From Coleofasciculus chthonoplastes F2-STO-03 (GTDB lineage: Bacteria > Cyanobacteriota > Cyanobacteriia > Cyanobacteriales > Coleofasciculaceae): DNA of 64,000 nucleotides. Of this stretch, positions 1-9,322 are shown in pieces (position 1 is the first letter of the stretch; each line of letters opens with the position of its first letter). A model generated the notes under the pieces. That model searched no databases, was not told where the DNA came from, and worked only from the letters and a program-made list of their open reading frames with translations. The stretch is from contig JAVJWO010000130.1 in assembly GCA_040222015.1 (NCBI GenBank), positions 32,001-96,000 on the forward strand, given 5' to 3'. The translations under genes and the position numbers were made by a program.

Positions 1-868
1 GATAATTCAGTTCTTCATTCCCCACCTTCCAGTACGCAAGGCGGAAAAACTGCTCAGCCAATAATTTCTCTAACAAATCAAAGCTTTCGGGTTTTCCGGG
101 TTCGCCATTAAAGATTTGAATATTTTCGTCGATGAACTCCCTGATCTCGACACTATCATTCCAGAGTTCCCATAACATACTCTTGATAAAGCCAATCTGG
201 TCATAGCGTTCCATTCCTTCTTCGCCAGAGGGAATGTATTTTAATGCATAGAGAGCGCCCAGAAACTTGACAAAATCGGGATGATTCCTGCCTAATTTCC
301 GGCGGATGCGTGCCAAATCATAGGTTAAGACATTGGAGTAGGATTCGATGCGAATGGGAAACTGTAGGTCATAGTAATTAATCGTAAAACCTTCTTGGTT
401 ATACTGGAGTTTGAGTTCACCACTTTCTAAGCAATCTCCACAAAACTTACCTAAAAATGGCGCTAAGACTCGCTGCCGAATGCCCTCATAATGATGTTCC
501 CAATTAATATCAAAGTAGTCTTTATATTGAGAATTAGGACCATTCTCTAAAACTTCGACCAGCATGGGATTTTGACGATCAAACGCCATGTGGTTCGGCA
601 CAATATCCTGAAGCCATCCTAATCCGTGCTGTTGCGCCTCCTCAACCAGAGACTCAAACTCCTCCAATCCGCCGAGTTCTGGGTTTATTTGATTGGGATC
701 AACCACATCGTAGCCATGGGTGCTACCGGATCTGGCTTTAAATATGGGGGATGCATAAACGTCAGAAACTCCTAATTCTGCCAAGTAGGAAACAATGGCT
801 TTTGCTAACTCAAAGGTAAACTCAGGATTAAATTGAATTCTATAGGTGGCGACTGGAATCCGCATCAT
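1..868 (-). CDS. treY: Malto-oligosyltrehalose synthase, 5' part (runs off window start)
   Basis: Not in the ORF track. The reverse strand from 868/865 reads M(M)RIPVATYRIQFNPEFTF...VYASPIFKARSGSTHGYDVVD...DIVPNHMA, the typical TreY N-terminus. Lies downstream of treZ on the same strand. Confidence 0.93.
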   Translation of the reverse strand, partial: MMRIPVATYRIQFNPEFTFELAKAIVSYLAELGVSDVYASPIFKARSGSTHGYDVVDPNQINPELGGLEEFESLVEEAQQHGLGWLQDIVPNHMAFDRQNPMLVEVLENGPNSQYKDYFDINWEHHYEGIRQRVLAPFLGKFCGDCLESGELKLQYNQEGFTINYYDLQFPIRIESYSNVLTYDLARIRRKLGRNHPDFVKFLGALYALKYIPSGEEGMERYDQIGFIKSMLWELWNDSVEIREFIDENIQIFNGEPGKPESFDLLEKLLAEQFFRLAYWKVGNEELNY

Positions 869-1007
869 AAGCTTTGAAAGGGGTTAAAGAACTGACAGAG
901 CGTTGGCTCTAAGAATCGATCTAAAAATGGCTTGTTAACAGTGGCGTTAAACCGTAGGATAGTTGCGTTGAACGTAATGCTTAAATCATAGCTTAACATT
1001 AGTTAAT

Positions 1008-1233
1008 TAGGGTCTGCTGAATAAGTTTTGTGGTGAGGGGAGGGAACAGGGAACTGCTTAACAGGGAACAGGGAACAGTTTCAACCCCCGGTTGGGGGAA
1101 GATTCTGCGCTCGCGGAGGTGAAAATCCAAGGATGCAAGAGCGTAAGGGTGTAAAAACCTTGCACTTGTTGGGTTAAAAAATGGCTTTAAACCCTTGTAT
1201 AGTATAGCTTCCCGATTAATTCAGCAAGCCCTA
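1008..1233. mobile_element. MITE-like element with terminal inverted repeats
   Basis: Left end TAGGGTCTGCTGAATAA (1008) and right end TTAATTCAGCAAGCCCTA (1233) are imperfect inverted repeats. Contains internal ACAGGGA 7-mers and no ORF. Confidence 0.6.
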
Positions 1234-1260
1234 GTTAGTTCTGCCGCGCTGCCCTACTGT

Positions 1261-3093
1261 CTACTGACAGTATAAGGCAAAACTCAGGGGAGCAATGGTT
1301 AGAGATTGTCCAGCTTGTAGCGGTTGGGGGAGGTATGATCCCTCACCCATCCATTCCTTATCCGCCGAGTCAATCACTTTCGAGAAGTTCCCTGGGGGAA
1401 TCTGAGGCGAAACAGTTACCCCATCGTTGGCAAAGTTGATCAAGCCGAGGACTTGGCTATCTCCAGCCGTGCGATGAATAACGATAATCTTTTCTGGGGA
1501 CAAGCTAGATACATTAAGATTCTGCCTGTCTAGGGTAGCTAAAGCTGGGGTTTCTTTGCGTAGTTGAATTAACCGTTTGTACCAGCGCCGCAATACACTA
1601 TGCTTCTCTTGGTCAATCTTATCCCACTGTAGTTTTGACTGCTCAAAGACTTTTGTCCCTTGGGGATCAGGGGCGTTGTCCCAACCAAATGCTTTAAACT
1701 CTTCAGCCCTTCCTGTACGCACGCCTTCAATTAAATCGGGATCACTGTGACTGACAAAATACTGAAACGGTGCGTCTTCCCCATATTCTTCACCCATAAA
1801 TAGCATCGGGATATAAGGAGAAAGCAATACCGTCGCCGCCGCTACCTTTAACCCCTGAAAGTCTACCAAAGTAGATAAGCGATCGCCAATCAGTCGATTG
1901 CCAATTTGATCGTGGTTCTGGATACAGACGACAAACTGTTCCGCCGGACGATCTGCTGCTGAATTGCCATGGTTGCGTTTGCGGAAGCTGGAATATTGTC
2001 CACTATAGATATAGCCTTCGCGCAGAGCAACTGCCAACTGCTCAATTTTGCCAAAATCTTCGTAATATCCCGATAGTTCGCCGGTTAACAGAGTATGCAA
2101 GATGTGATGAAAGTCATCGCACCATTGAGCATCATGACCAAATCCGCCGTCTTCCCTGGGTTTAATCACGCGCACGTCATTGAGATCACTTTCGGCGATG
2201 ACGTATCGTTGCACTGGCGTGGTGCGATTGAAGTTGGCGACAGCATCCCCTAATTCTTGTAAAAAGGGTTGAGCGCTCATATCGTAAATCGCGTGAACTG
2301 CATCAACGCGCAGGGCGTCAATGTGGTACTTATCTAACCAGTACAGGGTATTCTGGATAAAGAAATTCCGCACCTGATTACTATAAGCGCCATCAAAGTT
2401 AACGGCATTACCCCAAGGGGTACGATATTGATCCGTAAAGTAGGGACCATACGCCCAGAGATAGTTGCCTTCGGGTCCTAAATGGTTATACACCACATCT
2501 AAAATGACCGCGATCCCCGCTTGGTGACAAGCATCCACGAGTTTTTTCAACCCCGCAGGTCCCCCATAAGACTCTTGCACACCATAGACATAAACCCCGT
2601 CATACCCCCAGTTGCGACTTCCGGGAAACTGCGCCACGGGCATAATTTCAATTGCGGTTATGCCTAAATCCTGGAGGTAACTTAAGCGAGGAATAATCGA
2701 TTCAAAGGTTCCTTCTGGGGTAAAGGTACCGACGTGAAGTTCGTAAATAATTAGGTCTTTGAGGGGAATTCCTTGCCAAGAATTATCCGTCCAGTCAAAT
2801 TGGTGATCTACGACTTGAGAGGAACCATGGACTCCCTCCGGTTGGTAATGGGAGGCGGGATCAGGTCGTTCCAGCGACCCATCGAGTTGGTAAACGTAGA
2901 GCGTTCCGGGGTCAGCTTTTACCGTTTGTTGCCAATATCCCCATGCATCCTGTTGCAGGGGAATCACTTGATCTTGGGGAGAGACGATGTGAACCGCAAC
3001 GCTGTCCCGAAACGGTGCCCAAACTCGGAATTCACATTGACCGTTACCCAGGTAGTTGCTGCCAATTTTCATATCACCCCTCTGTAAATTCAT
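1261..3093 (-). CDS. treZ: Malto-oligosyltrehalose trehalohydrolase (GH13); likely start at 3072 (MKIGSNY)
   Basis: FRVWAP, IYELHVGTFTPEGTF, RNWGYDGV, DVVYNHLGPEGNY, LRVDAVHAI, QNHDQIGNR motifs; adjacent to treY. Confidence 0.95.
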   Translation of the reverse strand: MNLQRGDMKIGSNYLGNGQCEFRVWAPFRDSVAVHIVSPQDQVIPLQQDAWGYWQQTVKADPGTLYVYQLDGSLERPDPASHYQPEGVHGSSQVVDHQFDWTDNSWQGIPLKDLIIYELHVGTFTPEGTFESIIPRLSYLQDLGITAIEIMPVAQFPGSRNWGYDGVYVYGVQESYGGPAGLKKLVDACHQAGIAVILDVVYNHLGPEGNYLWAYGPYFTDQYRTPWGNAVNFDGAYSNQVRNFFIQNTLYWLDKYHIDALRVDAVHAIYDMSAQPFLQELGDAVANFNRTTPVQRYVIAESDLNDVRVIKPREDGGFGHDAQWCDDFHHILHTLLTGELSGYYEDFGKIEQLAVALREGYIYSGQYSSFRKRNHGNSAADRPAEQFVVCIQNHDQIGNRLIGDRLSTLVDFQGLKVAAATVLLSPYIPMLFMGEEYGEDAPFQYFVSHSDPDLIEGVRTGRAEEFKAFGWDNAPDPQGTKVFEQSKLQWDKIDQEKHSVLRRWYKRLIQLRKETPALATLDRQNLNVSSLSPEKIIVIHRTAGDSQVLGLINFANDGVTVSPQIPPGNFSKVIDSADKEWMGEGSYLPQPLQAGQSLTIAPLSFALYCQ

Positions 3094-3237
3094 AGTCTGA
3101 GAAACTTGTCAAGGTTTTAGCCGTGCGATCGCCCGACTCGGAATCAGCCAACGGGCGACCCATCTGTACCTGATCAGATTACCCCACACTTTATGACTTT
3201 TAATCTAACATCTGGTGTAACTGTTGATAATGGCACA

Positions 3238-3415
3238 GCCGTCTTGACTGGCGTAGAGTACCCAGCTACCGTGCCCAAGTCGCCGCCGCAGAAGATGCTT
3301 GGAGGGTGCCAGGAGTTCTTACGGTTAATAACCACCATCCGTTACGCCTAAAAGCGCGAATTAGATTAAATTCCCGACGGCTTCAAGAACGCGGGGATCG
3401 AGTAGACGAAGACTA
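3238..3415 (+). ncRNA. ssrS: 6S RNA (SsrS/SsaA) candidate
   Basis: About 180-nt intergenic rod: 5' ACCGTGCCCAAGTCGCCG pairs with 3' CGACGGCTTCAAGAACGCGG. Contains GCCTAAAAGCGCGA and GGCTTCAAG segments resembling conserved 6S elements, with GATAAT -10 at 3226-3231. Ends approximate. Confidence 0.75.
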
Positions 3416-3418
3416 ATA

Positions 3419-3486
3419 TGGGAAAGGCGCCTGGGAGTCTTGCCGTGTTTCGACCCCAAGCGCCTTTTCCTTTTCCTCACACACAC
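3419..3486 (-). ncRNA. Yfr2-family small RNA candidate
   Basis: Minus strand reads GTGTGTGTGAGGAAAAGGAAAAGGCGCTTGGGGTCGAAACACGGCAAGACTCCCAGGCGCCTTTCCC: a 5' GUGUGAGGA motif plus a long stem with a GAAACACGG loop. TATACT -10 at 3498-3493. Confidence 0.65.
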
Positions 3487-3679
3487 AACCTAAGTATACT
3501 CAATTTTTGGGAATTGTCCAGTCCCAAATCGGGAAAATGTTATCCGTGTTTAACTGATGTAGTATTGGCAACACCCCCTATAATACGTCTAGTTAGGCTA
3601 AATTAGCGTTTGGGTTGAGCTATAACCCAATGTATTTGTTTGTCTATATCCAGATCAAGGATTGTATACGAGGAAACTC

Positions 3680-4153
3680 ATGCTGATGAGAAGTTATCGC
3701 TCCATTCTGGCGTTGATGCTGGCGCTGGTGACCACCTGTCTTGTAAGCTGCGGTAGTCCTGCGGCAACTGCACCGCCCCCAGCTTATACATCTCAGCAGG
3801 TTGAGCAGATTCAGCGCACAGTGTCTAACCTGTCGGAACTGCGGGGAAAAATGCCCGTTCTGAAAACGAAAATTGATAACCGTGATTGGGTTGATGTCAG
3901 CACTTATATTCATGGTCCATTAGGTAGCTTGCGGCGAACCATGAGTTATCTGACACGCCAATTGCTTCCCCAAGAACAAAAGGCAGCTAGTGAAGCAGCA
4001 GATGACTTGTTTGAACATTTACAGCAAATTAACACGGCTGCTGAAAGCCGCAACTATCAATTGGCGATCACGAATTATCAAGAGGCATTAATCGACTTTG
4101 ATCGGTTCTTAAAGCTGATTCCGGATGCCAGTAATGTAGCTGGAGTTAGCTGA
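3680..4153 (+). CDS. psbQ: Photosystem II lipoprotein PsbQ (CyanoQ)
   Basis: Lipobox LVSC, then DWVDVSTYIHGPLGSLR and LLPQEQKAA motifs; RBS GAGGA at 3670. Confidence 0.9.
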   Translation: MLMRSYRSILALMLALVTTCLVSCGSPAATAPPPAYTSQQVEQIQRTVSNLSELRGKMPVLKTKIDNRDWVDVSTYIHGPLGSLRRTMSYLTRQLLPQEQKAASEAADDLFEHLQQINTAAESRNYQLAITNYQEALIDFDRFLKLIPDASNVAGVS

Positions 4154-5272
4154 ATGACTCATGTTGCCATCATTGGGTGTGGAATTGTTGGGGCTGCGAT
4201 CGCCTACCAACTGAGTGGCGTTTCGGGGCTACAGGTGACTGTACTAGATCGCCACCCCCCCGCCCAAGGGTCAACGGGGGCAGCATTGGGTGTCTTGATG
4301 GGTGTGATTAGTCAAAAGGTTAAGGGGAGAACCTGGCAGTTGCGCCAAGCTAGTATGCAGCGCTATGAAACCCTGATTCCAGAATTGGAAACATTGACTG
4401 GGTATCAGATTCCCTTTAACCGTCAAGGCATCTTGATGCTGGCGTTTGAAAACGACGATTTAGCCCGTTGGCAGAATTTAGTCAAAATTCGCCAATCCCA
4501 AGGATGGCAACTAGAAATTTGGAACACGGCTCAAGTTGAATCCCACTGTCCTCAGCTTAATCTGGAGAATAGTATCGGTGCGATTTATTCTCCCAATGAC
4601 CGACAAGTTGAACCTACCGCCCTTACGCACGCCCTAGTTGCTGCTGCCCAACAGAGGGGCGTAACGTTTAAGTTTGGCGTTGGTGTGGAAGGAGTGGAAT
4701 CCATGCCTGTTAATGGTTCCAATCAGCGAATTTGTCAGCAAATTTACACCCAGATGGAAACCTTGGCAGTGGATTGGCTGGTAATTGCGGCGGGATTAGG
4801 TTCGGCACAATTGGTCAATTTTCTGCTATCCCCACCGAATCAATCGTCTGCGATCGCACTCAAACCTGTTCTCGGTCAAGCGTTACAATTACGCCTAGGG
4901 AATACCATTGGTCATCCAGATTTCCAGCCTGTGATTACAGCTGATGATGTGCATATTGTGCCAATCGGTGGCGGTGATTATTGGGTGGGGGCAACGGTTG
5001 AGTTTCCTCATGGCACGGAAGTGGTTGCAGAACCGGCATTACTCGAACAAGTCAAACAGGATGCGATCGGCTTTTGTCCCGCTTTAGCCCAAGCCACAGT
5101 GGTTCGCACTTGGTTCGGGAAACGTCCCCGCCCAGAAGGACAGCCCGCTCCAGTTATTGGTAAACTATCGGGTTATAATAATGTCTTGCTGGCAACGGGT
5201 CACTATCGCAACGGTGTTCTCCTCGCCCCAACTACCGCCCAAGAGATTCAAGCGATAATCTGTGCTGCCTAG
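4154..5272 (+). CDS. FAD-dependent oxidoreductase (DAO/glycine oxidase family)
   Basis: GCGIVG Rossmann motif, GSTGAALG, GKRPRP, ATGHYRNGVLLAP; starts directly after the psbQ stop. Confidence 0.88.
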   Translation: MTHVAIIGCGIVGAAIAYQLSGVSGLQVTVLDRHPPAQGSTGAALGVLMGVISQKVKGRTWQLRQASMQRYETLIPELETLTGYQIPFNRQGILMLAFENDDLARWQNLVKIRQSQGWQLEIWNTAQVESHCPQLNLENSIGAIYSPNDRQVEPTALTHALVAAAQQRGVTFKFGVGVEGVESMPVNGSNQRICQQIYTQMETLAVDWLVIAAGLGSAQLVNFLLSPPNQSSAIALKPVLGQALQLRLGNTIGHPDFQPVITADDVHIVPIGGGDYWVGATVEFPHGTEVVAEPALLEQVKQDAIGFCPALAQATVVRTWFGKRPRPEGQPAPVIGKLSGYNNVLLATGHYRNGVLLAPTTAQEIQAIICAA

Positions 5273-5279
5273 AATCTAG

Positions 5280-5879
5280 TGCAGGGCTTGGTTTATTGAC
5301 GATTACGGTGAAGACGACGTGTACCAACAAGAGCAAATTCAAGAGTTATTTGGAAAGCAAGTTCTCGATCTCAGAGACAGGTTGGCAAATCAAATACCTC
5401 AGCAAATTGCCGAGTTTAGTAAAGTTGATTACTTTTACTTTGCCCCTAGTTTACCAAAAGTTCTTCAAGAAGAACAGGAGTTTAGCCAAGCTGTGGCATA
5501 TCTTTGCGCTTTTGACAATCCTGAACCCGATAAAATTGAATGTGTAGCTATTGTGATTCTAGGCGCGTGGCTTTCCAGCGATAAATCTAATGTCTCTCTT
5601 AGGGAAATTTTGGAAAAATCTCGACAATCGCAACCTTCTTATATTCGTTACTTTGGTAGCCAAGATGTGCAAATCGATCCAGAGGTTAAAAAAATTCTTG
5701 CTAAAATACAAAGGTTTACGTACAGCATATCTAAAGGTTTTTTGCAATGGCAATTTGCGAATGGACTGGAAGAAGGAACTTTACCATACAGTATAGAAAC
5801 TGAAAACTTTAGACGCTTTCAAGAACGAGTTAAGCAAAATAAACCAATGACATTCGATGAACTTGAAATTCACTTTTAA
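5280..5879 (+). CDS. Hypothetical protein, probably 5'-truncated
   Basis: The frame is open from TAG 5277-5279 with only a GTG at 5319 and no clear RBS. AT-rich and begins right after the oxidoreductase stop. Confidence 0.5.
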   Translation, partial: CRAWFIDDYGEDDVYQQEQIQELFGKQVLDLRDRLANQIPQQIAEFSKVDYFYFAPSLPKVLQEEQEFSQAVAYLCAFDNPEPDKIECVAIVILGAWLSSDKSNVSLREILEKSRQSQPSYIRYFGSQDVQIDPEVKKILAKIQRFTYSISKGFLQWQFANGLEEGTLPYSIETENFRRFQERVKQNKPMTFDELEIHF

Positions 5880-5939
5880 AAAATTAAAGTTTTAGAGTAA
5901 ATATTTAGGGTGAAGTAAAAATTATATAATTATTTATTT

Positions 5940-6692
5940 TTGAGTATACAGAATAGGGAGATGATTGGTATGCAATTTACAACCAAAATAAATTCAAGAT
6001 TATATACAGAATTAGCCGATACGGAAACAAAAAAATTTCTCGATAAATTAGCAGATAAAAGCACATCTCCTGAAGCCTATCGCTCAGTTATGTTTAAACT
6101 AGGGGTAAAACTTGGCAATTCAATTTTAAAGTCTATTAATAGTCAAAGCAATGTATATCTAGCCTGTACCGTTGAAGATGCGGATTTTTTAGCCAAAGGA
6201 ATTCTCACGACTTTAGAATCTAAAGTTTCAAAACTTGCCTTCGCTTGTTTTTGGAATCAACGATTTTCCCCCTTTGAGATAAACGAGTTAAAAGTTGCTC
6301 CGATACTCAAAAAGTATCAAGAGCCTGTTAATAATGATATCGTTCAGTATTTAATCGTGATTAAGTCCATTATCTCTGGTGCTTGTGTCGTGAGGACAAA
6401 TCTAACTAATCTAATTCAAAAAATTGAACCCGAAAAAATACTTATTGCTGCACCAGTAATTTATAAAACAGCAGAAGAAAAGTTAAGTAGTGAATTCAAC
6501 AAGGATATTTACAGTAAATTTGAGTTTTTCTACTTTGCTAAAGATTCCACGCGAGATGATAAAGGTATAGTTCTACCTGGTATTGGTGGTAGTGTGTATG
6601 AGCGGCTAGGTTTTGAAGGTCAAGATGAAAAGAATAGATATATTCCTGAAATCGTTAAATCTCGACGTCACAAGCTTGTTCAAAACATTTAA
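5940..6692 (+). CDS. Phosphoribosyltransferase-fold protein (UPRTase-like, divergent); likely start 5961/5970
   Basis: N-terminal LAD..TSPEAYRSVMFKLG and C-terminal IVLPGIGGSVYERLG echo UPRTase, but the PRPP-loop region reads IVIKSIISGACV without the acidic residues. AT-rich. Confidence 0.55.
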   Translation: MSIQNREMIGMQFTTKINSRLYTELADTETKKFLDKLADKSTSPEAYRSVMFKLGVKLGNSILKSINSQSNVYLACTVEDADFLAKGILTTLESKVSKLAFACFWNQRFSPFEINELKVAPILKKYQEPVNNDIVQYLIVIKSIISGACVVRTNLTNLIQKIEPEKILIAAPVIYKTAEEKLSSEFNKDIYSKFEFFYFAKDSTRDDKGIVLPGIGGSVYERLGFEGQDEKNRYIPEIVKSRRHKLVQNI

Positions 6693-6700
6693 AAATTAAA

Positions 6701-6764
6701 GACAGCCTGCTCCGGTTATTAATAAACTATCGGGTTATAAGAACGTATTACTGGGAACAGGTCA
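6701..6764 (+). repeat. Diverged direct copy of oxidoreductase 3' segment 5139-5202
   Basis: 54 of 64 nt identical by manual alignment, no gaps. Translates QPAPVINKLSGYKNVLLGTG versus QPAPVIGKLSGYNNVLLATG. Confidence 0.9.
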
Positions 6765-6809
6765 AGATTGATATCCTGCTTAATAGGGAGGCAAGAGTCG
6801 GCGGAATTT

Positions 6810-7012
6810 TAGGGCTTGAGCGACGATGCAGGTATGTTCCGTATCGTCAGAAACCATTCCTTTGTCAAAGAAAAAATGATGCCTGGTAATATTTGGATAA
6901 ATCTGGCGTTGTCTAGGTTTTGATCATCCTGCACCAGGAAGTACCAACACCTGTGCAACGGCTGTATCCAGCAAGCCGCCGATCAGATCATTGAATCGGT
7001 TGGGTTAGCCAT
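6810..7012 (-). pseudogene. ADP-ribosylglycohydrolase (DraG-like) 5' remnant
   Basis: Reverse strand gives MANPTDSMI/GGLLDTAVAQVLVLPGAG*SKPRQRQIYPNITRHHFFFDKGMVSDDTEHTCIVAQAL. Has the SDDT motif, a TGATC duplication frameshift and an internal stop. Confidence 0.7.
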
Positions 7013-7430
7013 GACAGGTAAGGAGAGGATTAGATTGGGCGCGATCGCAACATGGGTTCTGACGGTAACCTCTCTTCTCCTATCCCTGACAGGAAAAGGG
7101 TTTGCCGCTATCTCCTGGCTTGTAACCATGGCGTACTCTTATCGGAGCTTGTTACCTTGGAGAGTAGAAGGGTGATTAGCACTACCATACGATAAGCTCA
7201 TCAGCAGTAACAGGCTATTCCCTAATCCTACCAATGTAATCGGGTGAGCCTGAGAATTAGTGTAAATTGGCAGGACGTGTCTTCCCAATGACGAATAATA
7301 ATCTTTTGCTTGATTCTCTACTAAACGTGACGCGATCGCGATCCATGAACCTACTCAAGTTTTTTCGGCAAAGACAAGTCTTCATTCAACAACTGTTCAC
7401 CCTAATCAATCTAGAGATTGGAGTAGATTT

Positions 7431-8321
7431 GTGGCAATTGTAATTTCATTTATTAACTTGAAGGGAGGTGTGGGTAAAACAACAACCACCGTCGCCGTTG
7501 CTGAGATGCTGGCTGGGGTATTCCATCGCAAAGTTTTGGTTATTGACCTTGATCCGCAAACCAATGCCACATTAATGCTGATTGGCGAAGAACGATGGGA
7601 AGAACTCAATGAAAATCATCACACCTTAGCCCAACTCTTTCTGGATGCGCTCGCGCCAGAAAACCCCAAATTCAATCTGCATAAAACGTTACAATACCAA
7701 GTTTCTAATGTCAAAGACTTAACCAGTTTAGACTTGCTTCCGTCGAGTTTAGATATAATCAATGTGCAAGATAGGCTAGCGACTATTCCCGCTGGACGCT
7801 TTTATGCTGCCAGTCCGATTAACATTTTGCGGCGAGGAATTCGCGCTATGATTGAACCCTATGATTACATTCTTATCGACTGCCCACCTAATTTAGGTAT
7901 TGTGACACTCAATGGGTTACGAATTTCCCATGGTTATATCATTCCCACCATTCCGGATATTCTCTCAACCTATGGAATTCCCCAAATCACCAAAACCATT
8001 CATGAGTTTTCCGAAACCATCGCTGAACCGATTGTTCCTTTAGGGATTGTCATCTGTAAATATAATGCCGGAATGACCCTGCACGATCGCGTAATTAAGG
8101 ATTTACGTCGATACAGTAAAGATGCCCGTGTCTTTGAAACCCAAATTCCCCACAAACAACAAATTGCTGAAACCGTTGAATTCAATCAGCCCGATAAATT
8201 TTCAACCTTGCGACAAAAATGGGGATATGCGGGTCAGTTTGAACAATATCTCAATTTAGCCAAAGAGATCAGAATGGGGGCGAGTAAAATTATCAAACAT
8301 AAGCAGTCTCACTCCAGTTGA
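7431..8321 (+). CDS. ParA/Soj family ATPase
   Basis: Deviant Walker A KGGVGKTT, IDLDPQTNAT, LIDCPPNLG. Confidence 0.92.
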   Translation: MAIVISFINLKGGVGKTTTTVAVAEMLAGVFHRKVLVIDLDPQTNATLMLIGEERWEELNENHHTLAQLFLDALAPENPKFNLHKTLQYQVSNVKDLTSLDLLPSSLDIINVQDRLATIPAGRFYAASPINILRRGIRAMIEPYDYILIDCPPNLGIVTLNGLRISHGYIIPTIPDILSTYGIPQITKTIHEFSETIAEPIVPLGIVICKYNAGMTLHDRVIKDLRRYSKDARVFETQIPHKQQIAETVEFNQPDKFSTLRQKWGYAGQFEQYLNLAKEIRMGASKIIKHKQSHSS

Positions 8322-8336
8322 ACGTGGAGAAATTGA

Positions 8337-8738
8337 ATGAGCCTTGACAAACTTACAGCGTTGATCAAACTCCTGGAAGAAATACTTCCCGATACCCAAA
8401 CCACTCTGACTAAATACCAACATGATCCTGACTTTGCCGAACAGATTGATTCGTTATTTAAAATTTTATCGACAAAAAAGCCATCTCCCTCGAAAAAACG
8501 TCGCACTCGCCGATGTGCCAGTGTTTTTGATCCGGTTGAACTGTATCACCAGCAGGGAGAGAAACACTTACGCGAACAGTTACAGCCACTTGAGGTTGAA
8601 CAACTTAAAGATATGATTGCTGAACATGGGATGGATGCGAGTCGGCGGGCAATGCGCTGGAAAAAACGCGATCGCCTAATTGAGTTGATCGTGCAAACCG
8701 CTAGCTGTCGCGCCCGTAAAGGCGATGCCTTTCGCTGA
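8337..8738 (+). CDS. Hypothetical basic protein with possible small helical nucleic-acid-binding C-terminus
   Basis: RBS GGAG upstream, 15 nt after parA. Basic linker KKPSPSKKRRTRR; C-terminal LEVEQLKDMIAEHGMD...KKRDRLIELIV resembles Rho-N/HeH-like motifs. Confidence 0.7.
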   Translation: MSLDKLTALIKLLEEILPDTQTTLTKYQHDPDFAEQIDSLFKILSTKKPSPSKKRRTRRCASVFDPVELYHQQGEKHLREQLQPLEVEQLKDMIAEHGMDASRRAMRWKKRDRLIELIVQTASCRARKGDAFR

Positions 8739-8884
8739 GAGAGCGATAGTCGGTTAGGTTGTATTCCTGATTGGATTAGGTTTCTTCGGAAAACCTCACC
8801 CCCCATATAAGGATTCTTCAACCTAATTGAGTCCGAAAAATGCGACAATAGATTTAAAGGTCAGTCAGCTTTAGGAGCTTCACC

Positions 8885-9322
8885 ATGTATCAAGCTTCGG
8901 ATATAGCTAAATATTTCATTCACTATGCCAATCTTGAAGAGGACGGCATGATGACGAATTTAAAACTGCAAAAATTACTGTATTATGCCCAAGGGTTTCA
9001 TTTGGCTTTGTTTAATCAGCCTCTTTTTCGAGAAGAAATTAAGGCATGGCAGTATGGTCCAGTAATTGAAGAAATTTATCACGCCTATAAGGGATATTCG
9101 CGTAATCCTTTACCCGATTCTGAAAATTTCAATCCTGAAGTAATTTCGCCAGAAATAAAGAATTTAATTGATGAAGTTTATAGCGTGTTTGGCAAATATA
9201 CTGGCACAGTTTTAGCCAATCTTACTCATCAAGAAAAACCTTGGATAAATACAGGACTCAATCAAACCATTACTCATGAATTAATGAGTGACTATTTTAA
9301 GAGTCAGATTGTTGAGGATTGA
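8885..9322 (+). CDS. Panacea-domain (DUF4065, SocA/GepA-like) antitoxin
   Basis: TNLKLQKLLYYAQG, LF.EEIKAWQYGPV and LTHQEKPW motifs; RBS AGGAG. Confidence 0.9.
   Translation: MYQASDIAKYFIHYANLEEDGMMTNLKLQKLLYYAQGFHLALFNQPLFREEIKAWQYGPVIEEIYHAYKGYSRNPLPDSENFNPEVISPEIKNLIDEVYSVFGKYTGTVLANLTHQEKPWINTGLNQTITHELMSDYFKSQIVED

Noticed and set aside
3418..3606. 62-aa ORF
   Set aside because: Antisense to the Yfr2-like RNA and its promoter; no recognisable protein features.
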